This document shows, one piece after another, positions 13,471 through 25,689 of a stretch of DNA of 64,000 bases (its first letter is position 1; every line of letters starts with the position of its first letter). The stretch comes from Takakia lepidozioides (taxonomy: Eukaryota; Plantae; Bryophyta). The notes under the pieces are model-generated. The model was not told the origin of the DNA, made no database searches, and was given only the letters and a program-made list of their open reading frames with translations. A program made the position numbers and the translations under genes. The stretch is taken from contig CM060731.1 in the NCBI GenBank assembly GCA_030704615.1, positions 76,198,001 to 76,262,000 of the forward strand. The letters run 5' to 3'.

Positions 13471-14291
13471 ACTGAGAAGAGAGGAACAGAGAGGTGGAAT
13501 GTAGCTGCAAGAGCTTGTGAAAATAAGGGCTCTTCTGCGTCCATGATAAACTCCATTGATGCAAATTGAGAGGAGTGATATGGACTGAACAAAAGCAGAT
13601 GTGATTTGATCTATTTGGGCAAGTGTTATTTCCTTGTATAGTGCATCTTGCTGTGGTACTACCACACCCAGTAGTTACCCTTCCTCACAACGGACATAGC
13701 TTTTACCAAACTTGGTTGCTGCAAGCTACTTTCCTGCAGACTTCACACTGATGGACCAGATAGACTGACAACAAGCTTGGACTACAAGCAAGACTACAAC
13801 AAGCTTGGACACAATAAGTATCGGGGCTTGTGCGGTATGAAAAAGATAGAAAAAAAGCCATGTAACATGGATACTAGTTGCGATGCAAATTGAAGCAGAT
13901 TCATAAATTCGACTGACATAGACTCCATATTATACTATGATTGGAATCCACCCCTGTTCCACTGCTCTGGACCATATACACATGTTTGCATCCACACAAA
14001 AATGCACATGGAATGTGATCTGCAATTCAGGATGCTTGAGGTGTGCGGTTGATATTGCAACACTTGCAACACCGACAAATTGCAACTGAGACTTGCATCT
14101 CAAAAACTTTATGCCGTGGTACCCCTACTCTACAATCAGCCCGGTCAAGTACTTGAAGTTGTGCCCTATTTTCAGCATAACACATGTCAGCCTCCCCTAA
14201 GTTGCCAGACCTATCAAGCTCTTGGTGATAGAGCCCAGATTCGGCAGGGTCGAAACTGCAAGAAGGGCGACACAAAACGAGAAAGGAACAC

Positions 14292-15183
14292 CTACTTTGC
14301 CCGTGGTTGTGAGGCAATGTACTCAATGGCGTCTGCACAAGAGAGAATTTTGTCCGCTTCAGCATCCGGAATCTCGATGGAAAACTCGTCTTCCAAGGCC
14401 ATCATAGTCTCCACGACATCCAGGCTATCAAGACCTAGATCATTCTGAAAACGCGATGACGGAGACACCTGCCCAACCCACACCACGTCTCATTCAACCC
14501 TTGCACAACTGCAATCTCGTGCAAATACTCACTCTACATTAGCCTGCAATCCCCTTCCCTCCAAAACATCCCCTCCAAAACTCGACATGCTTCCAAGGAT
14601 ATTTCCGTGTAATACGAGCTGTAATTCAATCAAATTTTCGTATTATAATTTCATAGAACTACACATTGTTACATTCACCTGAAGTCATTGCAGCTACCAG
14701 CAAGTTCCATCGTCTTCATTTCCCCTGATTACAAATAGAATGAAATTCAAAGAGGACTAACAGAAATGTCCTACCGACCACGATAATCATAAAATTTTGA
14801 ACAATTCCTGCTTTCTCCTTCCATCGAATCTAAAATGTTCCTACCTGAAGATCACATCTCAGTAAGTACTCTCTCCTTCTGGGGATGGGTAAAGAAAGAT
14901 CGCGTCAGAATCACACGACCTCTCTTCCTCTAGGGGTAGAAGGCCCAAGAAAAACCTTGGCAGGATCAACTTGTTGCATTCTCTTCACCACGGAGACCAC
15001 GCGATCGGTCACAGCACTCTTGTCTAGATACGTGTTCTGCGCGCTCTCCTGTGCAAACCCTCGGACGCCATTTCCCACCAAAATGTTCAGTCGCAGGGGT
15101 GACCTCTGCGATGCTACCGCAACTCTCAAATGCTGCAGCAATGCCGATCTCGCAGCCGCCAAAGAGCCCCTAATCGCCAGCAT
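14292..15183 (-). CDS. mtACP: Mitochondrial acyl carrier protein; exons 15183-14956 and 14468-14292 (134 aa)
   Basis: Arg/Ala/Leu-rich presequence, VDPAK|VSPSSRFQNDLGLDSLDVVE (phosphopantetheine DSL) and FSIEIPDAEADKI. One GT-AG intron in phase 0. Confidence 0.95.
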
Positions 15184-16214
15184 CGCGTCCCGATCTTCCT
15201 TACCTCCTTCCCGCTGCTGCAGTGCTCAACGCTCAGCTCTAGGGTTTCCACATGAGGAAGATCGTCTCGTTAACTGTCGGATACTAAACTGATAGAAGAC
15301 AACAAGGTAATGTATCGTTAACTATCGGGTCTCTGACAGCCCCGAAACTGTATGTTATATTGTTGCGTCTTCTTTTTAACGAATAATCCATAGAGGCACA
15401 TTCCACATAGAATTGTCATGAGTTCAGGTCACATTTCGCTCAGAATGGACGGATGAGTGGAGGCGCTCAACGGCATAACGGCTCGGAACGGTCGTGTGAA
15501 CGATGGCGGGAAAAGAGCCCAGTACAGTGCTGGAATGTCGGTACAAAGGAGAGTTAGGGCTGACGTGGCAGGGCAGCAGAGAGGTGCATCAGCAGTGCGG
15601 TTCACGTGCCTGCTCACTGCGGGGCTGCGCGTGTGAAGCTGCGGATCGCTGGCCTGCGGATCATCAGCTGCCAGGATCGTCTTCCTCGCCCCGCAGTCGG
15701 GCTGGGAGGAGCTCATGCAGATGTCTTACTAGACTGGAATGATGTTTTAGGCGTTCTGCATTTTGTTTGGGGGTCGCTCTGTCAGTGCTGGATTGACGAT
15801 GTAGTCCGTGGAGAGTGTCATTTCGCCGCAGAATTCTGTGGAAGCTGACAGCCAGGGATGGGCAGATAATTTGTAGTTTCAGAGTTCAGAGGTTGTGGAA
15901 AGTAATAGACGGGGATTCAGGAGGTCATAGGATGTTGGACGGTCAAAAGGGAAATTTATAGAAGACTCGGATGCACATAGGCATGAGACCTGTGGGTGTA
16001 GGGCAAGAAAGAAGTAGCTAGCTTGGAGAAGGCAAGTCTACTGGCACTGGTTGCACTGGAATTTGGACGAGTGGTACAGTGGCCGAGGTTTTAGTCAGGT
16101 TATGTGGAGTGCGCTGCAGTGAACCTGAGAAAGGAAGTTAGTGATTTGGGGCGGTCGGCAGGAGCATGCAGTCTTGTAGATAGTGGATTCTATCCAGAGA
16201 CAGAGGGGTAAGCC

Positions 16215-19200
16215 ATGGATCCACCCCCAAGAAAACGGGGAAGACCGCGGAAGTATCCCGAGCTCGGTAATGCCTCCACATCTCTAGGTGCACCAGCTTT
16301 GCACAACTCTAATATCAAGGCTACTTCTTCTGATGGTGATGACGCGGAGATGTTGGATCACACAATTGAACCAGTCCGGACAGGGTTGCGTGGCAGGCCC
16401 AAGAGATTATCCAAGACAGGGTTGCGAGGCAGGCCCAAAAAGCAACCGTTGCTTGCTAAGAAGGCGGGTTCCAGAGGCAATTCTGGCAATGAGCTGGAGT
16501 TTCATAAGGCTGAAACTGAGGATGAAGAACCTCTGGAAGACCCACCTGAGGAGACTCCTCTTAAACGGAGAGGCAAGAAGCACTCTCAGGTGAGCTTAGT
16601 TTTGTATCCTTACTTGCGTTGACCTCACCTCGCATACATGCAAGAGTCGAGCTTTAGAACTCAGGGTTTAGATTTCCAAAGAGCTCTTAAGGGTGGTCTT
16701 CTGTTTATTTTAGTTTTGAGTCTTTGTTTCAAATAGCGACCGCACCAAGGTATAATTTGGGAGAGAATACCACATGCAATGCTAACTATTTACTTCATGG
16801 GGTGATTCACCAATTTGACAGTGATTTGAAACCTTGATGTGTTTCCTTCTTTGCTGTCCAACCAAGCCAAGGACCTTCTTGGGCTAACCTCTCTTTGGTT
16901 ACCTCTTTGTATAGTTCTATATGATAGTTGTATTGTGCCCACCATTATCATGTGGTATCTTTCAGTTTTGTTCCTGCACTGATGCAGGGTTTTTGGCTAT
17001 GAAAGAGGTGAATTGTTTTAGCAGGACCAAATTGGTTTATTTTTAAAGAATTAGGGTTATCTCGTATTGACATTGTGCTACTACAATCTACATTGCAGGC
17101 TATAGAGTTGCCCAGGGCACACACCGTTTCATATGACGATGGAGGTGTAGCAGCGGAGGATGTGAAGGACGCCCCTTTTATGGATGCCGTGGTAAAAGTA
17201 TTTTGTGTGCATACTGAGCCCAACTTCTCACTTCCATGGCAGCGGAAGCGCCAGTTCAGCTCTAACAGCAGTGGTTTCATCATTCAGGACCGTCGTGTGC
17301 TGACTAATGCACACTCTGTTGAGCATCACACACAGGTCAAGGTCAAAAAGCGTGGCTCTGATGTCAAGTACTTGGCCACTGTTCTTGCAATTGGCACAGA
17401 ATGTGATATTGGTACAGTGCCCCTATGCACCTGCGAGTACATTTGTGTGTATGTGGGAGGAAGTGATAGGTAGAGAAGTCATACTCATCCATACTCATCC
17501 ACGGGAGTATGCCTAGTAGGAAATCTCATGTACCTCCTAATCTTCTTTTTGTGTGTAAAGCAAGCAGACAGAGCTCATAGATCTGATTCCAATGGGCTTT
17601 TGTGCCTGTGTACCTAGCATGCTGTGGTGGCAACCGCACGGACCAGAACCTGTTTTTCTTAGGATTATCACAGTGGGTTTTGATTAGCAATTTTCAGTAG
17701 CAGGTGGTGCAGAAGTTACAGCTTGCCAGTTCCCAAGGTCTAAGGCAGTCGATACCCCAAGGCTCCGTTCCAAAACATGCATTTAAAAGAATTCCATTCT
17801 CTTGACACCTTCAGGAATATGCTCCTTTAAAATAGAAGTGCTACTAGGAAATCTTTCAGAAAGAGAAAGCTCACCACAAGCATTGGAGCAAGGGTGGCAA
17901 GGAACACAGAAGTAGCAAGAGAAGTGATAGCCAATTGGAGAGACAGCAGAATAGAGAGGATTCCGAGAGATTGACTGAAGCGGCGTGAGTCTGGGGGTTT
18001 GCGTGTGCACGGGTATAGCAATGCTGACGGTTAGCAACGACGAGTTTTGGGCGGATGTGAAGCCAGTGGAGTTTGGGACCCTCCCCCGCCTGCAAGATGC
18101 GGTTACAGTGGTAGGCTACCCCATTGGTGGAGATACAATCTCTGTTACCAGTGGTGTTGTATCGCGCATTGAGGTCACTTCGTATGTGCATGGAGCCACT
18201 GAGCTCCTGGGTGTGCAAGCAAGTCTTCTTACCTTTGTTTGTTACTTTCTCAAAGGAATCGGTAATTTATCTATTTGGGAATAGTGGACCTGGATAAGGA
18301 ATTGTTGTTATTATTTGTGTTTTCTGGGGCACATTGCTTGTTTTTATCCGATATGCTTACCTGCATTGTCAAGAGCTCGGGGGGGGGGGGGGGGGGGGGG
18401 GGGGGATGTGGTTTTCTAGGACAGTAGGGCTGAATATCGGTTTTTTTGGTGGGCTCAGATTGATGCAGCCATCAATGCAGGCAATTCTGGTGGACCTGCT
18501 TTCAATGATAAGGGCGAGTGTGTGGGCATTGCATTCCAGTCTCTTAAACACGAGGATGCTGAGAACATCGGCTATGTGATTCCCACTCCTGTCATCCAAC
18601 ACTTCATCAGTGATTTCATTCGCACTGGAGACTACACAGGTTTTTTCCAGAGTTTCCCCTTCATATTACAATCTGTTTTGTGTATGTTCTCAAGAAACAT
18701 TAGTTTTTCTTATGTCCAGTTTCAGGTACTTCTATCACCGGTCCTACCTCATGTGACATGTGAAGGTCTGTGGGACTGAATTTATTCTGTATGTGCCTTT
18801 CAGGTTTCCCGATTTTGGGCATTGACTGGCAAAAGATGGAAAATCCTGACCTGAGGAGAGCACTAGGCATGAACTCCAGCCAGAAGGGCGTCCGCATCCG
18901 TCGTGTGGAACCCACTGCACCTGCAGGCAAGGATCTACAGTCATCTGATATAGTGTTGAGTTTTGATGGTATTGACATTGCCAATGATGGCACAGGTACA
19001 TGACTGTACCCTCTGCTTTACTGTTTGGTGGATTTGGTTTGCTAGAGCAGCTGCACATTGGGATATGTTCGTTGGATCATGAATAAGGACTCAACAAATC
19101 ACTCCTGAATGAAATATACCTACACCTCTTGACAGCTTGGTTGTGGAAACAGCTTACTTTCTACAGCAGTTAGACACTTGAAAATGATCTTCTCAACCGT

Positions 19201-22099
19201 GTATAGTGCATGAAATGTGACGCAGTTGCATACCACAAGGCACGCCTGTGCTTGCACTTCACATGATCTCTTCTGCAGTCCTCTCCTACCCAGCTTAATG
19301 CCTCCCTTTGATGAGCAACATGAAATGATTTGCAGTATGTCGATATGACCTCTTGCAAGCTTAGTCTTAATGAACACTAGAACCATGGATCAAAATTGCT
19401 ATATTGAAATGGACATACAAAGTGCCATATAGTGAGCCAAGTCAGCTAGGAAGGGCATGGTTACAGTGGCATGTATCTTGTGAGTGCAGTTCCATTCAGG
19501 CATGGAGAACGCATTGGATTTAGCTATCTTGTCTCCCAAAAGTACACAGGAGAAAGTGCAAGGATACGAATATTGAGGCACTCCAAAGTTAGTGAGTTTG
19601 ATATTGTCCTGGCCAATCACAAGCGATTGGTGCCAGCCCACATAAAAGGGAAGCCACCATCGTACTACATAATCGCAGGGATTGTGTTTGCAGCGGTCTC
19701 TGTGCCCTATCTCCGCTCAGAGGTTGGTACCAAGAAGGCACGTGGTCCCTTTACTGCTTGGTCTGTAGGGTATTTATTCCTGCCAACATAGGAATGCCTA
19801 TTCCTGGACTGAATCAAGACGTCAGTTTGATGGAGGTATCCAAATATTGGCAGAGCAGAGGCGTTAACGTAGTGGTTTCCATAATGGATGCTGGGAGTTT
19901 CCAGCCAAGCCTCTGGGGGCTGGCTTTCTTCCAGGATCTTTCCAATAGGATGCAGAAGTAATGTGTTTAGTTGAACACATCTGGCAGCTGGCAGGCAGAG
20001 GTCCCCACGCACGGTTGTATCTTGGATTTTTGAATTGAAGTCTGGTTCAGAAGCTGGAGGAGTGCTATTACTTCTCCTTTACTGTAGTCAGAGATAATTG
20101 CTAGATTTAAGCAGTTGAATCCATGCCTGCAGAATCTTTGCAAATTAGACATTGTTGCCAGAAGCTTGTAAGTGGGGTAGGTTTTTCATAAGTACATATT
20201 CTAGTATGGAAGCTTAACTGATGGTCGAGTGGGAGAATGATTGGGCAGTATGGCAAAGACTATGACTATGATGCCCCGGTGAAGCTCCTGGACAAGCTAC
20301 TGCATGCCATGTCTCAGTCTGAAGAGGAGCAGCTGGTGGTTGTCTCTCAGGTAGGGTCCTGAGACCTCTCTTGGTCAGGTGTCAAGAGGTCGTTCGCTTT
20401 GCAGTGAGTGTGCTGGCACTGCTGCAGTGTCTTCAGGCTGTGCCCTGCACATACAAGAGTAAGTGGTTACTTTTTCTTGTCGATGGATGCCAGTGTTGTA
20501 GCTATGATAGCTGGGTTTATCATTGGCTGCCCTGTGGATACTGAAAATAGTTTAGAACCACAAGTTGCATTTGACAACGGATTGCCCAAGTGTGGTACCA
20601 TGGCTACTATAAGCTCTTGCCATCTTGTTGCTCAAGTGCTCTGGAAATCTACATGTGTTTCTGTCCACTTGGAGAATTTGAAGATACACCCCAGCTATTG
20701 CTCAAGTGAATAGAAATGTTTGTTCTTGATGTAAATTTTGGAAAGTGAAAGTGCCAGAAATGGGGATGGCAGTTATTTTCCATAGGGCTTCCAACTGAAA
20801 TGCATCTATGTGTTAGGCAAGCATCTGCACTTGGAGGTGGTAGTGTTGATATTATTGAATTTCCTCCTTTCTAGGGGTTGAAAGTTTCTACTAGACTCTG
20901 TTGTTGGATTGACCAACTGTCGTCTGCATGCTGTGTAGGTATTGGTGGCAGATATTAATATAGGCTATGAAGACATCGTCAACACACAGGTATGTTTTCC
21001 TGCTGTCAGTACTACAACCTCATTGCTGGCAGCCTTTCATTCCTGCCCATGTCTCTCCTCTTTTCTTTTTGTCTCACCGTCTTGGGAGAGACCTTCAAAG
21101 TGTCTGGCAGGTTACCTGCATAGGCAATTCATTATTTCATGCGAGTCTATCGCAGAGTCTATACATTCATGTACCTTGTTGGGCTGGAACCCAGCAGGCG
21201 TCCTTGGGAGAGTTATGACCCTGTGGGTATCTCAGGAAGTAGATAAGCAAATGCGTCATTTCTCCCTCTCATTGACACAACCTAGTGAGCCCCTCACAAA
21301 AGTAGTGACTGTTCTACCCAAACTGGGTGTCTATGGCCACAAGGCTATGGCAAAAAACGTCTTATGAGTACATTGTCTTTGACACACAAAAAGATGAACT
21401 TGATCCTGCAGATATTGGCCTTCAATGGAATACCAGTTCAAAATCTGAAGCATTTGGCGAATATGGTGGAGAACTGTGGAGATCAGTTTCTTCGTTTTGA
21501 CCTTGAGTACCAGCAGGTTTGCATCCTAATGCTAGTATTCATTGCAAGTGTAAAAGTAGTATTAATACCAGTTCTCAAGGGAGACAATTAGTTTGTCTCA
21601 AAATGCGATATACCACGTATAACTAAAATAAATAAATTGGCTGAGTAGAAGAGGGCCTGCAAAGCCCCTATGGTCTTTGTAAGTCCATGCTTTGGCTCTT
21701 CTTTTGACCATCCTGTGGGGTTTGTATGTTGAACCCGGGTACCGAGACATTTCTGTAGCCTGTTCAGAAACTAAGACTGCCCCACATGAGTGTTCTCATC
21801 TTTATTCAGGGTCATCGTTAAGTAATGCACAATTGTTTTTCCCTCTTTAATTTTCTGCCTACTGTTGTCTTGCTGCTTTTGTTTGGACATGAAGGTGGTC
21901 GTTTTAGCTTCCAAGGGCTCTCAATAGAGCAGTGTGTTTTTAAGTGCGGACTACAAAAATAGCTGATCTTAACTTGCTTTTACTGATTTGGACTTCGCAG
22001 ATAGTGGTATTGGAGACAGCTGCAGCCAAGTCTGCCACACCTGATATTCTTTCCACACATTGTATACCCTCGGCTATTTCTGATGATTTGAAAAGTTAG
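16215..22099 (+). CDS. DEG9: Deg/HtrA serine protease, DEG9-like, with N-terminal AT-hooks; exons 16215-16589, 17099-17411, 18019-18218, 18459-18639, 18804-18995, 19490-19722, 20249-20350, 20939-20989, 21412-21516, 22001-22099
   Basis: [33 protein letters not shown] (His), GTECDIA (Asp), [13 protein letters not shown] (Ser), PDZ region [10 protein letters not shown]...VPFRHGERI and C-terminal [12 protein letters not shown] match plant DEG9. The frame is continuous across 9 introns (one GC-AG). Confidence 0.93.
18379..18405 (+). repeat. G27 homopolymer in DEG9 intron 3
   Basis: Directly visible run of 27 G. Confidence 0.95.
21281..21374 (+). mobile_element. Short 3'-terminal copy of the RTEX-like LINE in DEG9 intron 8
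   Basis: Matches the 3' end of the copies at 12301 and 49520-49624 (aactgggtg..atggccacaaggcta.ggcaaa.aacgtcttatgagtacatt). ttgacaca flanks both sides. Confidence 0.75.
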
Positions 22100-22499
22100 T
22101 TCCTTCTCCTGATGTCTTGCACCTCCCATGGTTTGACATCAAGGCTTATCATGGGCATGGCGTATTGTTGGACTAGACTTGTGGAGCAGAAGCATTATGT
22201 TGAGGGACAAGTCATTATTATTCAATTCAGCTTGGAGCCTAGCAGCCTTGTCTTTTGTGAGAATCCCACAAGGAGCTGGCAATCATCCAGAGATGCTAAT
22301 CTGTTGTAATTTGGATGTCAAATTATGAGAGGCTTACGGACATCATTGATCTGGAAGTACCTCTTTAACTGCTCTTTTCATTCTCACACTGCAGACATAG
22401 TATAATTGTTCTCTTAATCTTCCATGAGTAGCTTTTTCAGGGTTTGTTTCCCATCCCCCGAAGCTACTAAAATATCTCTGTAAGCAGGGAACAGGTTAA

Positions 22500-22900
22500 T
22501 GAGTGCATTCCCTCCCGCATGCACAGATGTCCCTTTCCTTCGACAATGTGAGTGGCAGTAAAACCACCCAGCCATAATTTCTCTTTTGTTTCCTATTGGA
22601 AGTGTTCCTATCAGCCTGTCTGGGATCTACCTCTTTCATTCTAACATGCCAGTCTAATCATCACATACCCACGCCTCTGTAACCTGATTGTCTTGGGCAG
22701 TGAGTGATTTGGCAGGTTCAGGTTGACCCTCATGTCCTGTCCATCTGGCAACAATTGCCAGGAGCTTGTGTGCCCGTCTCTCAGCTTTGGCTGCCCATAC
22801 ACTGTTGTTAGAGGACCTTGCCTGCAGCCCGGATCTCTGCATATACATTTGCGTGTAGTTTCATGCCCACTACCTTGGAGATGTAGTGTTGCAACTATCT
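22500..22900 (-). mobile_element. Possible LINE ORF1 remnant
   Basis: The minus strand gives EIRAAGKVL, MRVNLNLPNHSLPKTIRL and a degenerate knuckle-like Cys/His stretch across frameshifts, reminiscent of plant L1 ORF1. Highly decayed. Confidence 0.3.
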
Positions 22901-25689
22901 GAAACACACAATCACATACCGTCACATTCAGGTGTTCCAGTGCATTTTCTCCTGCTGTGAGTTTGCAGCTAAAAAGCAAATCCAAGGTGATGTTTTGTGT
23001 GGCTGCAAGCCTGGCTGAATGGCTCGAAGATGACGAAGGTGAGTGACTCGGCATCTGCATATACTCTTTCCATGTGATTGTCCAGTAGGCTTACTGGCCT
23101 TTCTTGATAGTGGATGCTGTGAGCATGAGGTTCTGATATGAGCTCCGCTTTATGTAAATACCACCACATTGAATGGCCCACACCTCCAGCGGCTTCTCAG
23201 CAACTATGATGAGTCCATCCTGGTAAGGTGGAATGGCCTCCAGAGTCCCCACTGGATGAGCGGGCCGGAGGCAGCCAGAGTCTGGACCGTTAACCCTCTG
23301 GACCATTAGCCCTTAAACAACCTTCTCAAAAATAGGACCCCTCCAGTGAAAAAGCTCTCATTTTAAGATAATTGCGTCTTCAATGCCCCCATGGGTTCAG
23401 CTCATAAGCCCTGGATTCTGAAATTTTCATAAGTCTTTGTTTTTTTACGGCGCGCCCATTGAATATGCTATTATCTTTCATTGAGAATCATAGAGAAAAT
23501 ATGGTGTAATATTTAGAAAAATATTTGTTTTGCTAGTTTTTACTGCAAAAGTTTTTTACTGCTTTCGTGAAATTTTCGCACATAATTTTCTCTTGCACTC
23601 TCCCCCTTTTGCAGGCAATCAGCCCCAGATCCAGAAAACACCACAGGTGAATGTGGGGCCTATTGTTGGGCCCATTGGTGAAACAGATCATTCATGGACT
23701 TTGATTGAGGCAAGATTTATAAGTCTTCCCCTAAATTGCAATAAGTAAGTGTACATTATCCCCCTGCTGATGTACCTGCAGCGGGCTTGGCACTGCAAAA
23801 ACCCATGTGAGTAAACTTGTTGAACAGCCTACCACCCCACATGTGACCACTATTATGGCATTGCCTTCCCCCCTTCGTCCTCTTCGTCCTTACAAGATGG
23901 TATTTGCCGGTTCAGATACGCCTCCCAATTCTTCTGGTAAGTTAAAATGTGGGCCAGAACAACATCATTCACACACAGGGGATCAAATATGTGGTACGTT
24001 ACCTTCGATCCTGTGTTTGCACATGCCCTCAGTGTAAATAAGTGTTAATGAAGCTCTGTGTGGGCCCTCTTCAGGATTTCCTGTGGTGCACCGGAGGCGA
24101 AAACCACAGACATGTGGTTTTTCCAGGAGTGTCCGCCATAGCTGTTAGCATACAACCAAGTAACATCTATGCCAGAGGGAGAGATCTTCGAAGGCACCAT
24201 GAATTTGAGGGGGTAGTGAGCAAAAACCATGCAAGACTGCCACATCATCCTTCTGTAAACTATTCTTAATCAGACATCCAAACCAGACATGGTTGCCTAA
24301 ACTCTCACCATGAGACCAAGGAGGGTACGACAATGCGAGCAAGGTGTTATCATCCTTCCACAAGAAAAATCAAAATCAGCAAGGACGTTCTCCATTCTAG
24401 GCGAGAGACTCCCACACTTACGAGTCCCGATGAGTCTTGGGAGGCATGTGCCCGAGAATCCGAACAAAGAGAAGTGGGTGCAAGTAACGAGGAGAGCCTC
24501 TCTGATGTGAACCTTCGAGCTCACTTGCCACAACACGGGTCACCACACGAGGAATCCCAGTATGTATGAAGGAGAGATGTAGTCTCACAATCTTCTCAGC
24601 TCAATGGCTGCTACACATATATTTCTCATGTATTTCCACATGTATGACTACGTATGTATGACTATATATTAGCACCCATGGAGCACGGGAGACTGTAGCT
24701 TCAGGAGGGGGGAGGTGTGAGGATGAGAGTCCTTGGAGCCTCGGTTGATGAATTACCAAGTATCAGCAGTCACTTCTAGAAGAAGATGACCGCTATACCA
24801 ACGATCTGTTGGAGTTGAATAAGCTCCTCAAGTCTTTTGATGAGCGAATATCCAAGTAGGAGGTTGAGGTGAATAAGATGGTCAAGGAGCATGAGGAGAT
24901 GGAAGTCCGCATTCAGTTTTGTGGGTTATTTCATGAGGCAGGTATGCGGTTAGCACTCACCGCCTTCTCCAACAAAGTTGTTGATTTTGTACATTCTGCC
25001 CATCAGGAGCACCTGGATACCAGAGACAGGGCAGCATGGTTGAGGTCTCATGTAGCCTATCAGTCTGTGAGTGAGACTACAGTGGTATCAATTTTTCAAT
25101 GTGCAGTGCCTCATTCAGCACACATGAGATTCAACATGCATCAGCACACATACTCAACAGAGAGTTTGCCATAGCTTTGTGGTCCACAGCGTCATACAGC
25201 AGAAATGGGAGAAGAAATCCAAAGAGAAAGACTCAGAGTTGCAACAACAGCTCATCCTATTTGCATAAGATCAACGTGGCTGAATCTGTCGAAGCCCAAT
25301 CAGACCAACGTATACATTGCTCTAAATCCTTTGGAGGCTCAATAACTTCATGATCCTGGTCATATATGCTCAGCTGTGGTGGAAGAGATCATGGATGAGT
25401 GGCAACAAATTAGTAGAACGACTAATAGCAATCTTACAGCTTTAATATTCTGGGACAGTAACTGGTCCATGCACAGCAGTCTGAGCTGTATGTGTGATGA
25501 AAGATACAGTCCATGACATGTTATTTCAAGCAACATTTCCTGTCATGGGTACTGACACGCCCTGAGTAAAATGCCTACAAGATAGTTATACAGCTGGTCC
25601 ATAAGGAAGACTGATGTTATCTCTCTAACTTAGACTAATGCCCCACTAGTCACACAAGACGAAGCATTTTAGCTGTGAGGCACTTAATT

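Noticed and set aside
22850-23180. Possible decayed DYW domain (ERVYADAESL, ACSHTKHHLGFAF, ISKVVG)
   Set aside because: Similarity is too weak, there is no HxE/CxxC, and adjacent motifs fit a LINE ORF1 remnant at least as well.
23390-23807. MITE bounded by CATGGGTT/AACCCATG
   Set aside because: Only an 8-bp inverted match and no TSD.
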